Assembly (NCBI GenBank): GCA_965223155.1
Contig: CBDCVR010000015.1
Coordinates: forward strand, 192,001-256,000
Length of the DNA: 64,000 nt
Origin: Candidatus Multivoradales bacterium
GTDB lineage: Bacteria > Acidobacteriota > Thermoanaerobaculia > Multivoradales > JAHEKO01
Direction: 5' to 3'
Shown here one piece after another: positions 1 to 9,794 of the stretch. The position numbers and the translations under genes are program-made. The first letter of the stretch is position 1. Every line of letters begins with the position of its first letter. Below the pieces are notes generated by a model. The model worked only from the letters and a program-made list of their open reading frames with translations. It was not told the origin of the DNA and did not search any database.

Positions 1-2599
1 CGAAGTTGGCGCGCCCGCCACCCCGTCCACCCACGAGCTGGGCGATGCGGCTCACCAGCTTGCCGGCATGAGCGCGTTCCACCAGGTCGTCCGAGACCGC
101 GACCAGGAGGCCGACCTTGGCGTCCGCGCGAGTGCCCAAGACTACGATGCCGCGGCCCAGCTTGGCGCGCAGCACGTCGGCCATCGAGCGCAACTCTTCG
201 GTCGGCGCCGGCGGAACCTCGCGCACCAGAAGCGGCACCCCGGCAACCTCGACGGTTTCGGAGCCGGTACCGTCCGCCACTCCGGTCACCGCCTTGAGCC
301 GCAGGCTCGAGAGCTCTCGCTCCAGCTCTTTGCGGCGGGCGAGAGCGGCGGCCACTTCCTCGGGCAGCGCCTCCGGGGCCACCGACAACGCGCCCGCTGC
401 TCGTTCCAAAAGCCCGTCCCGTTGCCGCACGCGCTCGATCGCTCCCACTCCCGTGCGCGCCTCGATACGGCGCACCCCCGACGCGACACCGCGCTCGGCG
501 ACGACCGTGAACAAACCGATCCGGCCGGTGTTGGCGACGTGGCAGCCGCCGCAGAGCTCGAGACTCTGGAGCTGACCTCCGGCGCCGAGCGCCAATGGAG
601 GCACGCCGACCGTGCGCACGCGGTCACCATACTTCTCGCCGAAGAGCGCCATGGCTCCCGCCTCCCGCGCCTCCTCAAAGGGCCGGTCGGCAACGATCTC
701 GGTGGCGGCCGCGCGCCGGATCCAGAGATTGACGAGATCCTCGACTTCCCGGATCTCACCCTCCTCCAGAGGCCTCCCGAACGTGAAGTCGAAGCGCAAC
801 CGATCGGGCGCAACCAGCGAGCCGGCCTGGCGAACGCCGTCGCCCAGAACGTGCCGCAGAGCCGCGTGCAAGAGGTGGGTGGCCGTGTGATTGGCCTCGG
901 TCGGCTCACGCCAGGCGAGCTCCACGCGCGCGGTCACGGAATCGCCGACCGCCAGCGTCCCCGACACCAGGACGATCCAGTGGAGCGAGACTCGATCCAG
1001 CTGCTGAACGTCTTCGACGCCGGCCTCACCCCCGGGCCAGACCAGGGTCCCTCGATCTCCGAGCTGGCCGCCCGCCTCGGCGTAGAGGGGAGTGCGGTCC
1101 ACGACCGCGATCGCCCGTTGCCCGGGTCTGTCGAGGCGCTCCAGGCTCTCTCCGGATTCCGCTCCGGCCTCGTAGAGGGCCAGTACCTTCGCCCCGTCGA
1201 GCTCCGTGCGGTCGTACCCGACGAAGTCCGTCTCCGGGATCCCGGCCGACGCGATCGCGTCTCGAATCTGGGACAGCTTCTGCCGGCTGTCGCCGGTCGC
1301 GGCACGGGAGCGCGAGCGCTGCTCGTCCAGTTCGCGCTCAAAGCCTTCTTCGTCCAACCCGAGGCTCTCCTCCTCGGCAATCTCGCGCAGGATCTCGAGC
1401 GGCAGGCCATAGGTGTCATAGAGCTTGAAGAGCACCGCTCCGTCGAGCTCTCGATCGCCCCGTGACCTGGCGGCCTCGATCGCGTCCTGAACCCGGCGCG
1501 AGCCCACCGCCAGAGTCCCGAGGAACTTCTCCTCCTCGGCCGCCACCGTGCTCGTCGATGCCGGCGCGGCGCGCTCGAGCTCGGGATACGCGTCTCCCAT
1601 CCCGGCCGAGACCGCGGGCAGAAGCCGGCCGAGGAACGGGTCCTCGAGCCCCAACGACATGCCGTACCGCACCGCCCGGCGCAAGATGCGCCGCAGAACG
1701 TAGCCGCGGCCCTCGTTGCTCGGTATCACCCCGTCGGCAAGCAGAAAGCTCACCGCGCGCAGGTGATCCGCGATGACGCGGAAGGCGACGTCGGTCTGGA
1801 GGTCCTCTCCGTAGCGGTGTCCGGAGAGCTCGGCGGTGGCTTCGAGCAGGGGCCGAAACAGGTCCGAGGCGTAGTTCGACTCCACTTTCTGGAGCACGGC
1901 CGCCACCCGCTCGAGGCCCGCACCGGTGTCGATCGAGGGATCGGGCAGTGGCGTGGTCTCTCCCGAAGCCGCGCGGTCAAACTGCATGAACACCAAGTTC
2001 CAGATCTCGAGATAGCGGCCGTCATCGCAGCCGGCCTCCCAGTCCACCGCCGGCAGCTCCGGATGAAGATCCACGAAGATCTCGCTGCAGGGTCCGCACG
2101 GGCCAGTGTCTCCCATCGCCCAGAAGTTGTCCTTGGCGCCACGGCGCAGGACCCGCTCAGCGGGAAGACTCGAATGCTCGAGCCACAGAGCTTCGGCTTC
2201 GTCGTCCTCCTCGAAGACGGTCGCGAACAACCGATCCTCGGGAATGCCCCACACCTCCGTGACCAGCTCCCAGCCAAACCGAACGGCGTCTTCCTTGAAG
2301 TAGTCGCCAAAGGAAAAGTTGCCGAGCATCTCGAAAAACGTGTGGTGCCGGTGACTGGGCCCGACGTTCTCGAGATCGTTGTGCTTGCCCGAGACCCGCA
2401 TGCACTTCTGCACGCTCGCCGCTCGCCTCGCAGGCGGCTCTTCGGCGCCCAGGAAGTAATTCTTGAAGGGCACCATGCCGGCATTGACGAAGAGCAGGGT
2501 GGCATCGCCGTGGGGCACCAGCGGCGCGCTGGGCGTGACTCGATGCCCCCTCTCCTCGAAGAACTCGAGGAAGGACCGGCGAATCGCGGCGCTTCGCAT
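1..2599 (-). CDS. alaS: Alanine--tRNA ligase (3' end runs off the window)
   Basis: ATG at 2599 overlaps the recX stop. The frame, read by hand at the start, at about 1400-1800 and at the end, gives FVNAGMVPFK, RHHTFFEMLGNFSFGDYFK, IADHLRAVSF, PSNEGRGYVLRRILRRA, KLYDTYGLP and ends GGRGGGRANF. It is absent from the ORF track because there is no stop in the window. Confidence 0.97.
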   Translation of the reverse strand, partial: MRSAAIRRSFLEFFEERGHRVTPSAPLVPHGDATLLFVNAGMVPFKNYFLGAEEPPARRAASVQKCMRVSGKHNDLENVGPSHRHHTFFEMLGNFSFGDYFKEDAVRFGWELVTEVWGIPEDRLFATVFEEDDEAEALWLEHSSLPAERVLRRGAKDNFWAMGDTGPCGPCSEIFVDLHPELPAVDWEAGCDDGRYLEIWNLVFMQFDRAASGETTPLPDPSIDTGAGLERVAAVLQKVESNYASDLFRPLLEATAELSGHRYGEDLQTDVAFRVIADHLRAVSFLLADGVIPSNEGRGYVLRRILRRAVRYGMSLGLEDPFLGRLLPAVSAGMGDAYPELERAAPASTSTVAAEEEKFLGTLAVGSRRVQDAIEAARSRGDRELDGAVLFKLYDTYGLPLEILREIAEEESLGLDEEGFERELDEQRSRSRAATGDSRQKLSQIRDAIASAGIPETDFVGYDRTELDGAKVLALYEAGAESGESLERLDRPGQRAIAVVDRTPLYAEAGGQLGDRGTLVWPGGEAGVEDVQQLDRVSLHWIVLVSGTLAVGDSVTARVELAWREPTEANHTATHLLHAALRHVLGDGVRQAGSLVAPDRLRFDFTFGRPLEEGEIREVEDLVNLWIRRAAATEIVADRPFEEAREAGAMALFGEKYGDRVRTVGVPPLALGAGGQLQSLELCGGCHVANTGRIGLFTVVAERGVASGVRRIEARTGVGAIERVRQRDGLLERAAGALSVAPEALPEEVAAALARRKELERELSSLRLKAVTGVADGTGSETVEVAGVPLLVREVPPAPTEELRSMADVLRAKLGRGIVVLGTRADAKVGLLVAVSDDLVERAHAGKLVSRIAQLVGGRGGGRANF

Positions 2600-3120
2600 C
2601 AGAGACCGACCTCGCTTCCGCTCGGGTTCCGGGGCCGCGAGCTCGAGGCCTCGCCGAGCTCGGCCAGCGCCGCCAGGATGGCGCCGTGCGAGAACCCTCG
2701 CCCATGGAGATGCCGGGCCAGCCGTTCTCGATTCCACGCTCGCCGGGCGAGCCAAGCGTCCGCGGCCTGCCTGACCAGAGCCGACTCGCCGCCTTCGAAG
2801 CTCTCGCGCACGACCTTGTCGATGGTGTCGCCAGCGGCGCCGCGGGCCCGCAGCTTGGCGCGCACCATCGCCGGACCGCTCGGCCTACGGCTCAGAAGCT
2901 CGCGGGCGAAGCGGCGCCCGCACTCCAGATCGTCGAGATAGCCCAGCTCGCCGACCCGGTCCAGAGCCGCGCCGACCTCGTCCCGCGCGAAACCGCGCTG
3001 GAGCAGCTTGCGCTCGAGCTCGGCGCGAAAGTGCGAGCGCCGGGCCAGCAAGTCCAGAGCCTTGTCGAGACACTTGGCGGGCGCCGGCCCGCGGGCGCCG
3101 CCGTGTGACGGATCCGTCAT
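2599..3120 (-). CDS. recX: Regulatory protein RecX
   Basis: ALDLLARRSHFRAELERKL, GYLDD, LRARG and HLHGRGFS motifs; coupled to alaS. Confidence 0.9.
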   Translation of the reverse strand: MTDPSHGGARGPAPAKCLDKALDLLARRSHFRAELERKLLQRGFARDEVGAALDRVGELGYLDDLECGRRFARELLSRRPSGPAMVRAKLRARGAAGDTIDKVVRESFEGGESALVRQAADAWLARRAWNRERLARHLHGRGFSHGAILAALAELGEASSSRPRNPSGSEVGL

Positions 3121-3127
3121 TCGGAGC

Positions 3128-3296
3128 CTAGGAGTCCGGGCCCGAAGTCAAGAGGGTCGGGGGAGACGGTGTTGCGGCGCCCCCGCGGTGTCGCTCGCCG
3201 TCCACGATGGCACCGCATCGCCTCCTCCTGGCATCTTGCCTCTGCATCTCAAGCCCTTGCCGCACGACCGTCTTTGCCACCACCACGCGCTCCTAA
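3128..3296. repeat. MITE-like intergenic element, copy 1
   Basis: Termini CTAGGAG...CTCCTAA form an inverted repeat; internal hairpin CGATG-GCACCG-CATCG at 3205-3220; the reverse complement aligns by eye with 12777-12919. Confidence 0.65.
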
Positions 3297-4462
3297 GGCT
3301 CGATCTCGAAGGGCGAATCGCCCTCCGCCTGATCGCCGTCGGCCGCCAGCTCCAGCGACGACTCCATCTGCTCGCGGGAGATATCGGCGGTGAACTGAAC
3401 GCCCTGGATCTTGAGCCGGAACTCATCGGGGTTGGATGCCCGCCGTAGCGCTTCGTCGAGGGTGATCAGGCCGCCCTTGTAGAGCTGGTACAGCGATTGG
3501 TCGAAGGTCTGCATCCCGTACTGGCTGGTGCCGAGAGCGATCTGCTCGCGGATGTACTTGGTCTTTTCCTTCTGCTCGATACATTCGCGAATGTACGAGG
3601 TCGCGATCATGACTTCGGCCGCCGGCACCCGGCCGGTGCCATCCGCGCGCGGAACCAGGCGCAAGGAGACCACCGCACGCAAGACCTGGGCGAGCTGGAT
3701 CCGGATCTGCTTCTGCTGGTGCGGAGGAAAGACCGAGATCACACGGTTGACCGTCTCGGTGGCGTCCAGGGTGTGCAGGGTCGAGAAGACCAGGTGCCCG
3801 GTCTCAGCCGCCAGCAGAGCGGTCTCGATGGTCTCGTAGTCCCGCATCTCACCGACCAGGACGACATCGGGATCCTGCCGCAGCGCCGAACGCAATGCGT
3901 GGGCGAAACTCCGCGTATCGACGTCGACCTCGCGCTGGTTGACGATCGCCTTCTTGTCGCGATGCAAGAACTCGATCGGGTCTTCGATGGTGATGATGTG
4001 TTCGGTGCGATTGGCGTTGATGTGGTCGATCATCGAGGCCAGCGTCGTGGACTTACCCGAGCCCGTGGTGCCGGTACACAGCACCAGGCCGCGCCGCTGG
4101 TCGCAGATCTTCTCCAGCACCCGCGGCAGCATCAACTCGCGAATGGTCGACACGCCGGCGGGGATGACCCGAAGAACCAGTCCCGCCGAGCCCCGCTGCT
4201 GGAACACGTTGCAGCGAAACCGGCCCAGTCCTGGCACCGAGTAGGCGATGTCCAGCTCCAGCTCGTCCTTGAACCGCTGCTTCTGGCGCGAGTTCATCAT
4301 CGAAAACGCCATGGCCACGGTGTCTTCCTGCATCAGCCGCTTGACTTCCACCAAAGGCTGCAGATCCCCGTCCACACGCACGACGGGATGACTGCCTACT
4401 TTGAGGTGCAGGTCGGAGGCACGGCGCTCGACGGCTAGCTTGAGCAGGTCATTGATATTCAT
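3293..4462 (-). CDS. pilT: PilT/PilU-family type IV pilus retraction ATPase
   Basis: ASDLHL, Walker A GTTGSGKST, TIEDPIEF, ALRQDPDVVLVGEMRD, AETGHLVFSTLHT, GMQTFDQSL. Confidence 0.93.
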   Translation of the reverse strand: MNINDLLKLAVERRASDLHLKVGSHPVVRVDGDLQPLVEVKRLMQEDTVAMAFSMMNSRQKQRFKDELELDIAYSVPGLGRFRCNVFQQRGSAGLVLRVIPAGVSTIRELMLPRVLEKICDQRRGLVLCTGTTGSGKSTTLASMIDHINANRTEHIITIEDPIEFLHRDKKAIVNQREVDVDTRSFAHALRSALRQDPDVVLVGEMRDYETIETALLAAETGHLVFSTLHTLDATETVNRVISVFPPHQQKQIRIQLAQVLRAVVSLRLVPRADGTGRVPAAEVMIATSYIRECIEQKEKTKYIREQIALGTSQYGMQTFDQSLYQLYKGGLITLDEALRRASNPDEFRLKIQGVQFTADISREQMESSLELAADGDQAEGDSPFEIEP

Positions 4463-4529
4463 CGCAACTCCCGATCTCGGAGCTGGAACAACCGGAAACC
4501 CTTATGGTACTTGGCGTTTCAGTCCGCGG

Positions 4530-5252
4530 TTAGCCTACCGGCCCGCTCTCGAAAGTGTCAATGCAGGCGGCGACAAGGCCGGCTCCGACGACCGCGGCGG
4601 TCTCGACCCGCAGAACCCGGGCACCCAGCGAGACGAGATCCACGCCGAGCTCCTCGATGCGCTCGACCTCGGCTTCGATAAAGCCCCCTTCCGGACCCAC
4701 GACCAGGGCGCAGCTTCGATCGATCGACCTCGAGCGCCACGGCCGGCCCCGCCGGTCCAGGCCGATGCGCACGGCGCTGCCAGCCAGAAGGGCCTCGAGC
4801 TCGTCCCAATCATGCACACCGCTCACTTCCGGAAGGGCGGCCCTGTCGGCCTGCTCCGCCGCGGCGCGGGCCACCCGGCGCAGCCGCCCCAGGGTGCCGT
4901 CGCCATAGGAGCGAGGGCCCCGCTTGCAGCGCAGGAAGCGAATGGCGGTGGCGCCGCACTCGGTCACCTTCTCCACCAACCACTCGGCGCGGGGCTTCCT
5001 GGGAGCGGCCACCAGCACTTCGATCGCGCAGCCGGGCTCGTTCGACGGTACGCGCGCACCCAGCTCTAGCCGGACACGAGATGAGGTCACCTCGATCACC
5101 TGCCCTTCCCGGGCGCCACCCCGGCCGTCGGCGCAGCGCAGAACCTCGCCCACCTGGAGCCGGCGCACACGGACATGATGATGGTGCTCGGCCCCGCGAA
5201 CGGTTGCCACGTCCCCCGCCCAAGCCTCCGGCGGCAAGAAGAGCGTGGTCAC
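4530..5252 (-). CDS. rsmE: 16S rRNA m3U1498 methyltransferase
   Basis: HVRVRRL, LVEKVTECG, AAAEQ, VGPEGGF, SLGARVLRVETA; GTG start overlaps the prmA stop. Confidence 0.92.
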   Translation of the reverse strand: MTTLFLPPEAWAGDVATVRGAEHHHHVRVRRLQVGEVLRCADGRGGAREGQVIEVTSSRVRLELGARVPSNEPGCAIEVLVAAPRKPRAEWLVEKVTECGATAIRFLRCKRGPRSYGDGTLGRLRRVARAAAEQADRAALPEVSGVHDWDELEALLAGSAVRIGLDRRGRPWRSRSIDRSCALVVGPEGGFIEAEVERIEELGVDLVSLGARVLRVETAAVVGAGLVAACIDTFESGPVG

Positions 5253-6112
5253 GACCGACGCTCCGCGGTCAGTCCCACCCATCCATCGAGCTCCTTCGCG
5301 CCTCCGATCTCGAGGCCGGTGGCCCGGAGACGGGCCTCGAAGGCCGATCTCCGTTCGGCCAGGATGCCGGAAAAGACGCCCAAACCGCCGGGCACCAGCA
5401 GCCCGACCAGGAGGTCCAAATGCGGCTCGATCCTTTCAGGCAGCATGTTGACCAGAGCAACGTCAAACCGGGCCCAAGGCGCCAGCGCCTCGAGGCCGCC
5501 GGCCACTAGCCCGAACGTGCGGCTGTTGAGAGTCTGGTTGTCCCGGGCCACACACGCTGCAGCCGGATCGATCTCGAGACCCACGACCCGAGCACCGGGC
5601 TCGAGGCCAGCCCGAAAAGCCAGGACACCGGTGCCGGTGCCCACGTCGAGCACTGTCTTACCGGCCAGCTCGAGCTCGTCCACCAGCTCCACGGCCAGGC
5701 GGGTCGACTCGTGCGTTCCCACCCCGAAGGCCCGGCGCACGGGCAGTCGCAGCCGTACCCGGCCCGACTCGCGGGAAGCCCTCGCCCCGGCCGGCAGGGC
5801 ATCGGAGGCTTCGTCCAGCGGCTCGATCCAGAGCCGCCGCCCGAGCCCAAACGGACGAGCTCTTTGCCGGAACCCGGCGAGCCAGTCTCGCTCCCGAAGC
5901 CCCTCGCAACCGAGCCAGACGCCGCTCCGAAGATCCGCCACCACGTCAGGGCCGGGGGTCTCCACCGCCGCGTCGAAATAGGCCACCAGGGTCGGCTCCC
6001 CGGCACCCGGCCGCGTCTCGATCCCAAGGGTGCCCGCCTCCCACAGGCGCGCGATCAGCGCGTCCTCTTCTTCGGAGGCCACGCGCAGGGTGAGCACTTG
6101 GTACGCGCTCAT
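5249..6112 (-). CDS. prmA: Ribosomal protein L11 methyltransferase
   Basis: AFGVGTHESTRL and VLDVGTGTGVLA; directly after dnaJ; start MSAYQV at 6112. Confidence 0.9.
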   Translation of the reverse strand: MSAYQVLTLRVASEEEDALIARLWEAGTLGIETRPGAGEPTLVAYFDAAVETPGPDVVADLRSGVWLGCEGLRERDWLAGFRQRARPFGLGRRLWIEPLDEASDALPAGARASRESGRVRLRLPVRRAFGVGTHESTRLAVELVDELELAGKTVLDVGTGTGVLAFRAGLEPGARVVGLEIDPAAACVARDNQTLNSRTFGLVAGGLEALAPWARFDVALVNMLPERIEPHLDLLVGLLVPGGLGVFSGILAERRSAFEARLRATGLEIGGAKELDGWVGLTAERRS

Positions 6113-6123
6113 CGCGCCGCCGG

Positions 6124-7248
6124 TCAACCGAAAAGATCGCGAACGCGATCCAGAACCCGGCGCTCTTCCTTGACCTCGTCGCCGGCCAGCTCGGCCAGGT
6201 CGCGCAGAGCCTCGAGCTCGGCGTCCTCGAGCTCCTTCGGATGGGGAACCCGTAACCGGGCAACCACGATGTGATCGCCCTGCCCGAAGCCGTTGAGCTG
6301 TTCGATGCCCTTGCCACGCAGCCGAAACTGGGTGCCGTCGCCGGTTCCGGCGGGCACGTCCACGATCTCGTCGCCGTGCAGGGTCGCGGCGGTAACTCGG
6401 GTTCCGAGCACGGCCTGCGGGTAGCTCAGCTGGATCTCGCTCACCACGTGCGGGCCTTGCCGGTCGAAGCGCTCGTGGGGCTCGACCGCGATGTCGACGT
6501 AAAGATCTCCGGTCGGACCGCCACGACGACCGTGCTCGCCTTCGCCGCTCAGGCGCAGGCGCGTGCCGGTATCCACGCCGGCCGGAATCTTGACCTGGAT
6601 CGTCCGGGTCGCTTCCGCCCGGCCCTCTCCCCGACAGGCGCGGCAGGGATTGACGATGACCCGTCCCTCGCCACGGCACTGCGGGCAGGTTCGCGCCACG
6701 GTAAAGAAGCCCTGAGTGAATCGAACCTGGCCCTGACCGGCGCAGCCCTGACACACGTCGGCCTCGGTCCCACCTTCGCTGCCGGAGCCTGAGCACTCGG
6801 CACAGGTCTCGAGGCGGGGAATGTCGAGTTCTTCTTCGGTTCCGAAGGCCGCCTTTTCCAGGGTCAGGTGCAGCTCGTAGCGAAGGTCGGCTCCAGGCTG
6901 ACCGGCGCCGGGCCGGCGTGCCCGGCCGAAGAGATCTCCAAAGCCGAACCCGAAGAAATCTCCAAGAATGTCCGAAAAGTCTCCGAAGACCGTTGGATCG
7001 AAGCCGCCGAAGCCGCCGCCGCCGACGCCGCTATGGCCGAAGCGGTCGTAACGAGCGCGTTTCTCGGCGTCGGAGAGCACCGCGTAGGCTTCGGCCGCCC
7101 GCTTGAAACTCTCTTCCGCCGCCGCATCCCCGGGGTTGCGGTCGGGATGGAACTTGACCGCCAGCTTGCGATACGCGGCCTTGATCTCTTGCTGCGACGC
7201 CCCCCGGTCCACCCCGAGAACGTCGTAGTAATCCTGCCTGCCCGACAC
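6124..7248 (-). CDS. dnaJ: Chaperone DnaJ
   Basis: J domain with HPD, G/F-rich region and four CxxCxGxG repeats. Confidence 0.97.
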   Translation of the reverse strand: MSGRQDYYDVLGVDRGASQQEIKAAYRKLAVKFHPDRNPGDAAAEESFKRAAEAYAVLSDAEKRARYDRFGHSGVGGGGFGGFDPTVFGDFSDILGDFFGFGFGDLFGRARRPGAGQPGADLRYELHLTLEKAAFGTEEELDIPRLETCAECSGSGSEGGTEADVCQGCAGQGQVRFTQGFFTVARTCPQCRGEGRVIVNPCRACRGEGRAEATRTIQVKIPAGVDTGTRLRLSGEGEHGRRGGPTGDLYVDIAVEPHERFDRQGPHVVSEIQLSYPQAVLGTRVTAATLHGDEIVDVPAGTGDGTQFRLRGKGIEQLNGFGQGDHIVVARLRVPHPKELEDAELEALRDLAELAGDEVKEERRVLDRVRDLFG

Positions 7249-7251
7249 CGG

Positions 7252-9075
7252 CTACCCGCTCGGTTCCTCGATGTTCTCGAGCATGAGCTCTGAGAGCTGC
7301 CGGGAGACGCTGTTCAAATCGAACATGGCCGCTTCGAGATCGGCCCGGTCGTCGTTGGCGAGCGCCATGCGCCCCTGAATCAGGGTGTCGCGCACGCGCC
7401 GGCTCTCTTCTTTCGAGAGCATCTTCTTGAACTGCTCGAAGACCCGTTCGTTGGTATAGATCAGGCCTTCGAGGCGGTTCTTGAGGCGCCGGATCTCGCG
7501 CCGCTGGCTGTCTTCCCGGCCGTGTTCCTCGGCTTCCTGAACGAGCCGCTCGATCTCGTCCTTGGTCAGGCCGCCGGCCGGATTGATCTGGAGTCCCTGG
7601 GACTTGTTGGTCGCCATGTCCCGCGCCGACACGTTGACGATGCCGTTCGAATCGATCGCGAAGTTGACCTCGATCTGAGGCACGCCGCGCGGCGCCGACG
7701 GAATCCCCACCAGCTCGAACCGGCCGAGCGACTTGTTCTCGGACGAGATCTCGCGCTCGCCCTGGAGGACGTGAATCTCTACCGTGTCCTGGTTGTCCAC
7801 GACCGTGGTGAAGATCTGGGTCGCTTTGGTCGGAATCGTCGAGTTACGCTCGATGAGCGCGGCAAAGAGTCCGCCGTGGGTCTCGACACCGAGCGACAGC
7901 GGCGTGACGTCCAGCAGGACGATGTCCTTGATGTCGCCGCGCAAGATCCCGCCCTGAATCGCGGCGCCCATGGCCACGACCTCATCAGGATTGATCTCGC
8001 GGTTCGGCTCGCGCCCGAAGATCTCTTCGACGGCCCGGTTCACCATCGGCGTCCGGGTCTGGCCGCCGATCAGCAGCACCTCCCCGATGTCCGAAGCCTT
8101 GAGGCCCGCCGCCTCCAGAGCCTCGAAACAGGGTGCCTCGGTCCGCTTGACGAGATCCGCGACAAGGCTCTCGAAGTGCTCCCGGGTCAAGGTGCGCGAA
8201 AGATGCCGCGGACCGCTCTCGTCGGCCGAGATGAACGGCAGATTGATCGGCGCCTCTTCGGCGGTCGACAGCTCACACTTGGCCCGCTCGGCGCTCTCCT
8301 TGAGACGCTGCAACGCCATCCGGTCCCGGCGCAGGTCGATCGACGTCTCGGCTTGAAACTCGTCGATCAGCCAGTTCATGATCTCCTGATCGAAATCCTC
8401 GCCGCCCAGAAACGTGTCGCCGGCCGTGGACTTCACCTCGAAGATGCCTTGAGCGAGCTCCAGGATGGAGATGTCGAAGGTGCCGCCGCCCAAGTCGTAG
8501 ACCGCGATGATATCGGCGGACTCGTCCTGATCGAGCCCATAGGAAAGGGCCGCGGCTGTGGGCTCGTTGATGATCCGCATGACCTCCAGGCCGGCGATCT
8601 CGCCGGCATCACGGGTGGCCTGGCGCTGGGCGTCGTTGAAGTAGGCCGGGACAGTGATGATGGCCTCGTCGATCTCCTCGCCCACCGCTTCTTCGGCGAA
8701 CGTCTTGATCTCGCGCAGAATAAACGCCGAGATCTCCTCCGGACTGTACTGCCGATCGCGCACTTGAATCTTGACGTCGCCGTTCGAGGCTTCGACAAGC
8801 GGGTAGGGCAGGATCTCGCGGGCGCGCTGCACCTCAGGGTCCTCGAACTTCCGACCGATCAGGCGCTTGACTGCAAAGACGGTGTTCTGCGGATTGGTGA
8901 TCGCCTGACGTTTCGCGATCTGCCCAACCAGGCGGTCGCCGTCTTCGGTGAAGGCCACGATCGAGGCCGTCGTGCGACTGCCTTCGCGATTGGCGAGGAC
9001 ACGCGGAGCGGCGACGTCGACGATAGCGACGCAGCTATTGGTGGTACCGAGGTCGATGCCCAGAATCTTGGACAC
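7252..9075 (-). CDS. dnaK: Chaperone DnaK (Hsp70)
   Basis: [44 protein letters not shown]. Confidence 0.97.
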   Translation of the reverse strand: MSKILGIDLGTTNSCVAIVDVAAPRVLANREGSRTTASIVAFTEDGDRLVGQIAKRQAITNPQNTVFAVKRLIGRKFEDPEVQRAREILPYPLVEASNGDVKIQVRDRQYSPEEISAFILREIKTFAEEAVGEEIDEAIITVPAYFNDAQRQATRDAGEIAGLEVMRIINEPTAAALSYGLDQDESADIIAVYDLGGGTFDISILELAQGIFEVKSTAGDTFLGGEDFDQEIMNWLIDEFQAETSIDLRRDRMALQRLKESAERAKCELSTAEEAPINLPFISADESGPRHLSRTLTREHFESLVADLVKRTEAPCFEALEAAGLKASDIGEVLLIGGQTRTPMVNRAVEEIFGREPNREINPDEVVAMGAAIQGGILRGDIKDIVLLDVTPLSLGVETHGGLFAALIERNSTIPTKATQIFTTVVDNQDTVEIHVLQGEREISSENKSLGRFELVGIPSAPRGVPQIEVNFAIDSNGIVNVSARDMATNKSQGLQINPAGGLTKDEIERLVQEAEEHGREDSQRREIRRLKNRLEGLIYTNERVFEQFKKMLSKEESRRVRDTLIQGRMALANDDRADLEAAMFDLNSVSRQLSELMLENIEEPSG

Positions 9076-9756
9076 CTAGCCGGTTCCTCCCTGGTCCTCA
9101 TCGTCGTCGGCTTGCGGGCCGCTCGGCGCCTCGGGCATCGCCACCTCGACCATCGAAGGCCGCAACAGCCGGTCGCCGATCCAGTACCCGGCCTGCATCT
9201 CCCGGACGATGGTGGGCTCGGACACGTCGCCGCGCTCGACCTTCGCCACCGCCTCGTGCACGAGCGGATCGAACGGATGGCCCGTGGACGGAACGCGCTC
9301 GACCTGATGCCGCTTGAGCAGATCCAGTACCTGGCGATGGATTAGATCCACCCCTTCCTTGAGATCGTTCAGGGAGCCTTCCGCCTCAAGAGCCCGCTCC
9401 AGGTTGTCGACCACCGACAGCACGTCGCGTAGGACGTCGGCCCCGGCGTACCGACGCTCGTCCTGCCGTTCCCGCTCGGTGCGCTTGCGGAAGTTCTCGA
9501 AGTCCGCCAGCGTTCTGATGGCTCGATCCCGGTGCTCCTCGACCTCGCGGCGGAGCCCCATCAACTCGTCGGCTCCCTCGGGCACCGGCGACGCTGGAGC
9601 ATCGCCGCCCCCTTCGCCCCCAACCGGGTCCTCGCCCTCCGGAGCCGCGTTCTTCTCGATCGCCTCCAGCGCTTCGCGCATGACCTCGTCGATCACGCTC
9701 GGCTCTTCGGAGCGAATCTCGATCTCCTCGGTATCGATCAGTTCGTCGTCATTCAC
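9076..9756 (-). CDS. grpE: Nucleotide exchange factor GrpE
   Basis: ADFENFRKR, DNLERAL, FDPLVHEAV, GY...RLLRPSMVEV. Confidence 0.96.
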   Translation of the reverse strand: MNDDELIDTEEIEIRSEEPSVIDEVMREALEAIEKNAAPEGEDPVGGEGGGDAPASPVPEGADELMGLRREVEEHRDRAIRTLADFENFRKRTERERQDERRYAGADVLRDVLSVVDNLERALEAEGSLNDLKEGVDLIHRQVLDLLKRHQVERVPSTGHPFDPLVHEAVAKVERGDVSEPTIVREMQAGYWIGDRLLRPSMVEVAMPEAPSGPQADDDEDQGGTG

Positions 9757-9794
9757 GGTTACATACCTTCAGCTGGCTCGACTCCGGCGCGAGC

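Noticed and set aside
1462-1776. Possible frameshift in alaS, since no alaS ORF appears in the track
   Set aside because: Manual translation is continuous here; the ORF is missing only because its stop lies outside the window.
7522-9345. 607-aa ORF antisense to dnaK, and similar long antisense ORFs over alaS, pilT, ugd and carB
   Set aside because: Typical shadow frames of high-GC genes, with no family motifs.
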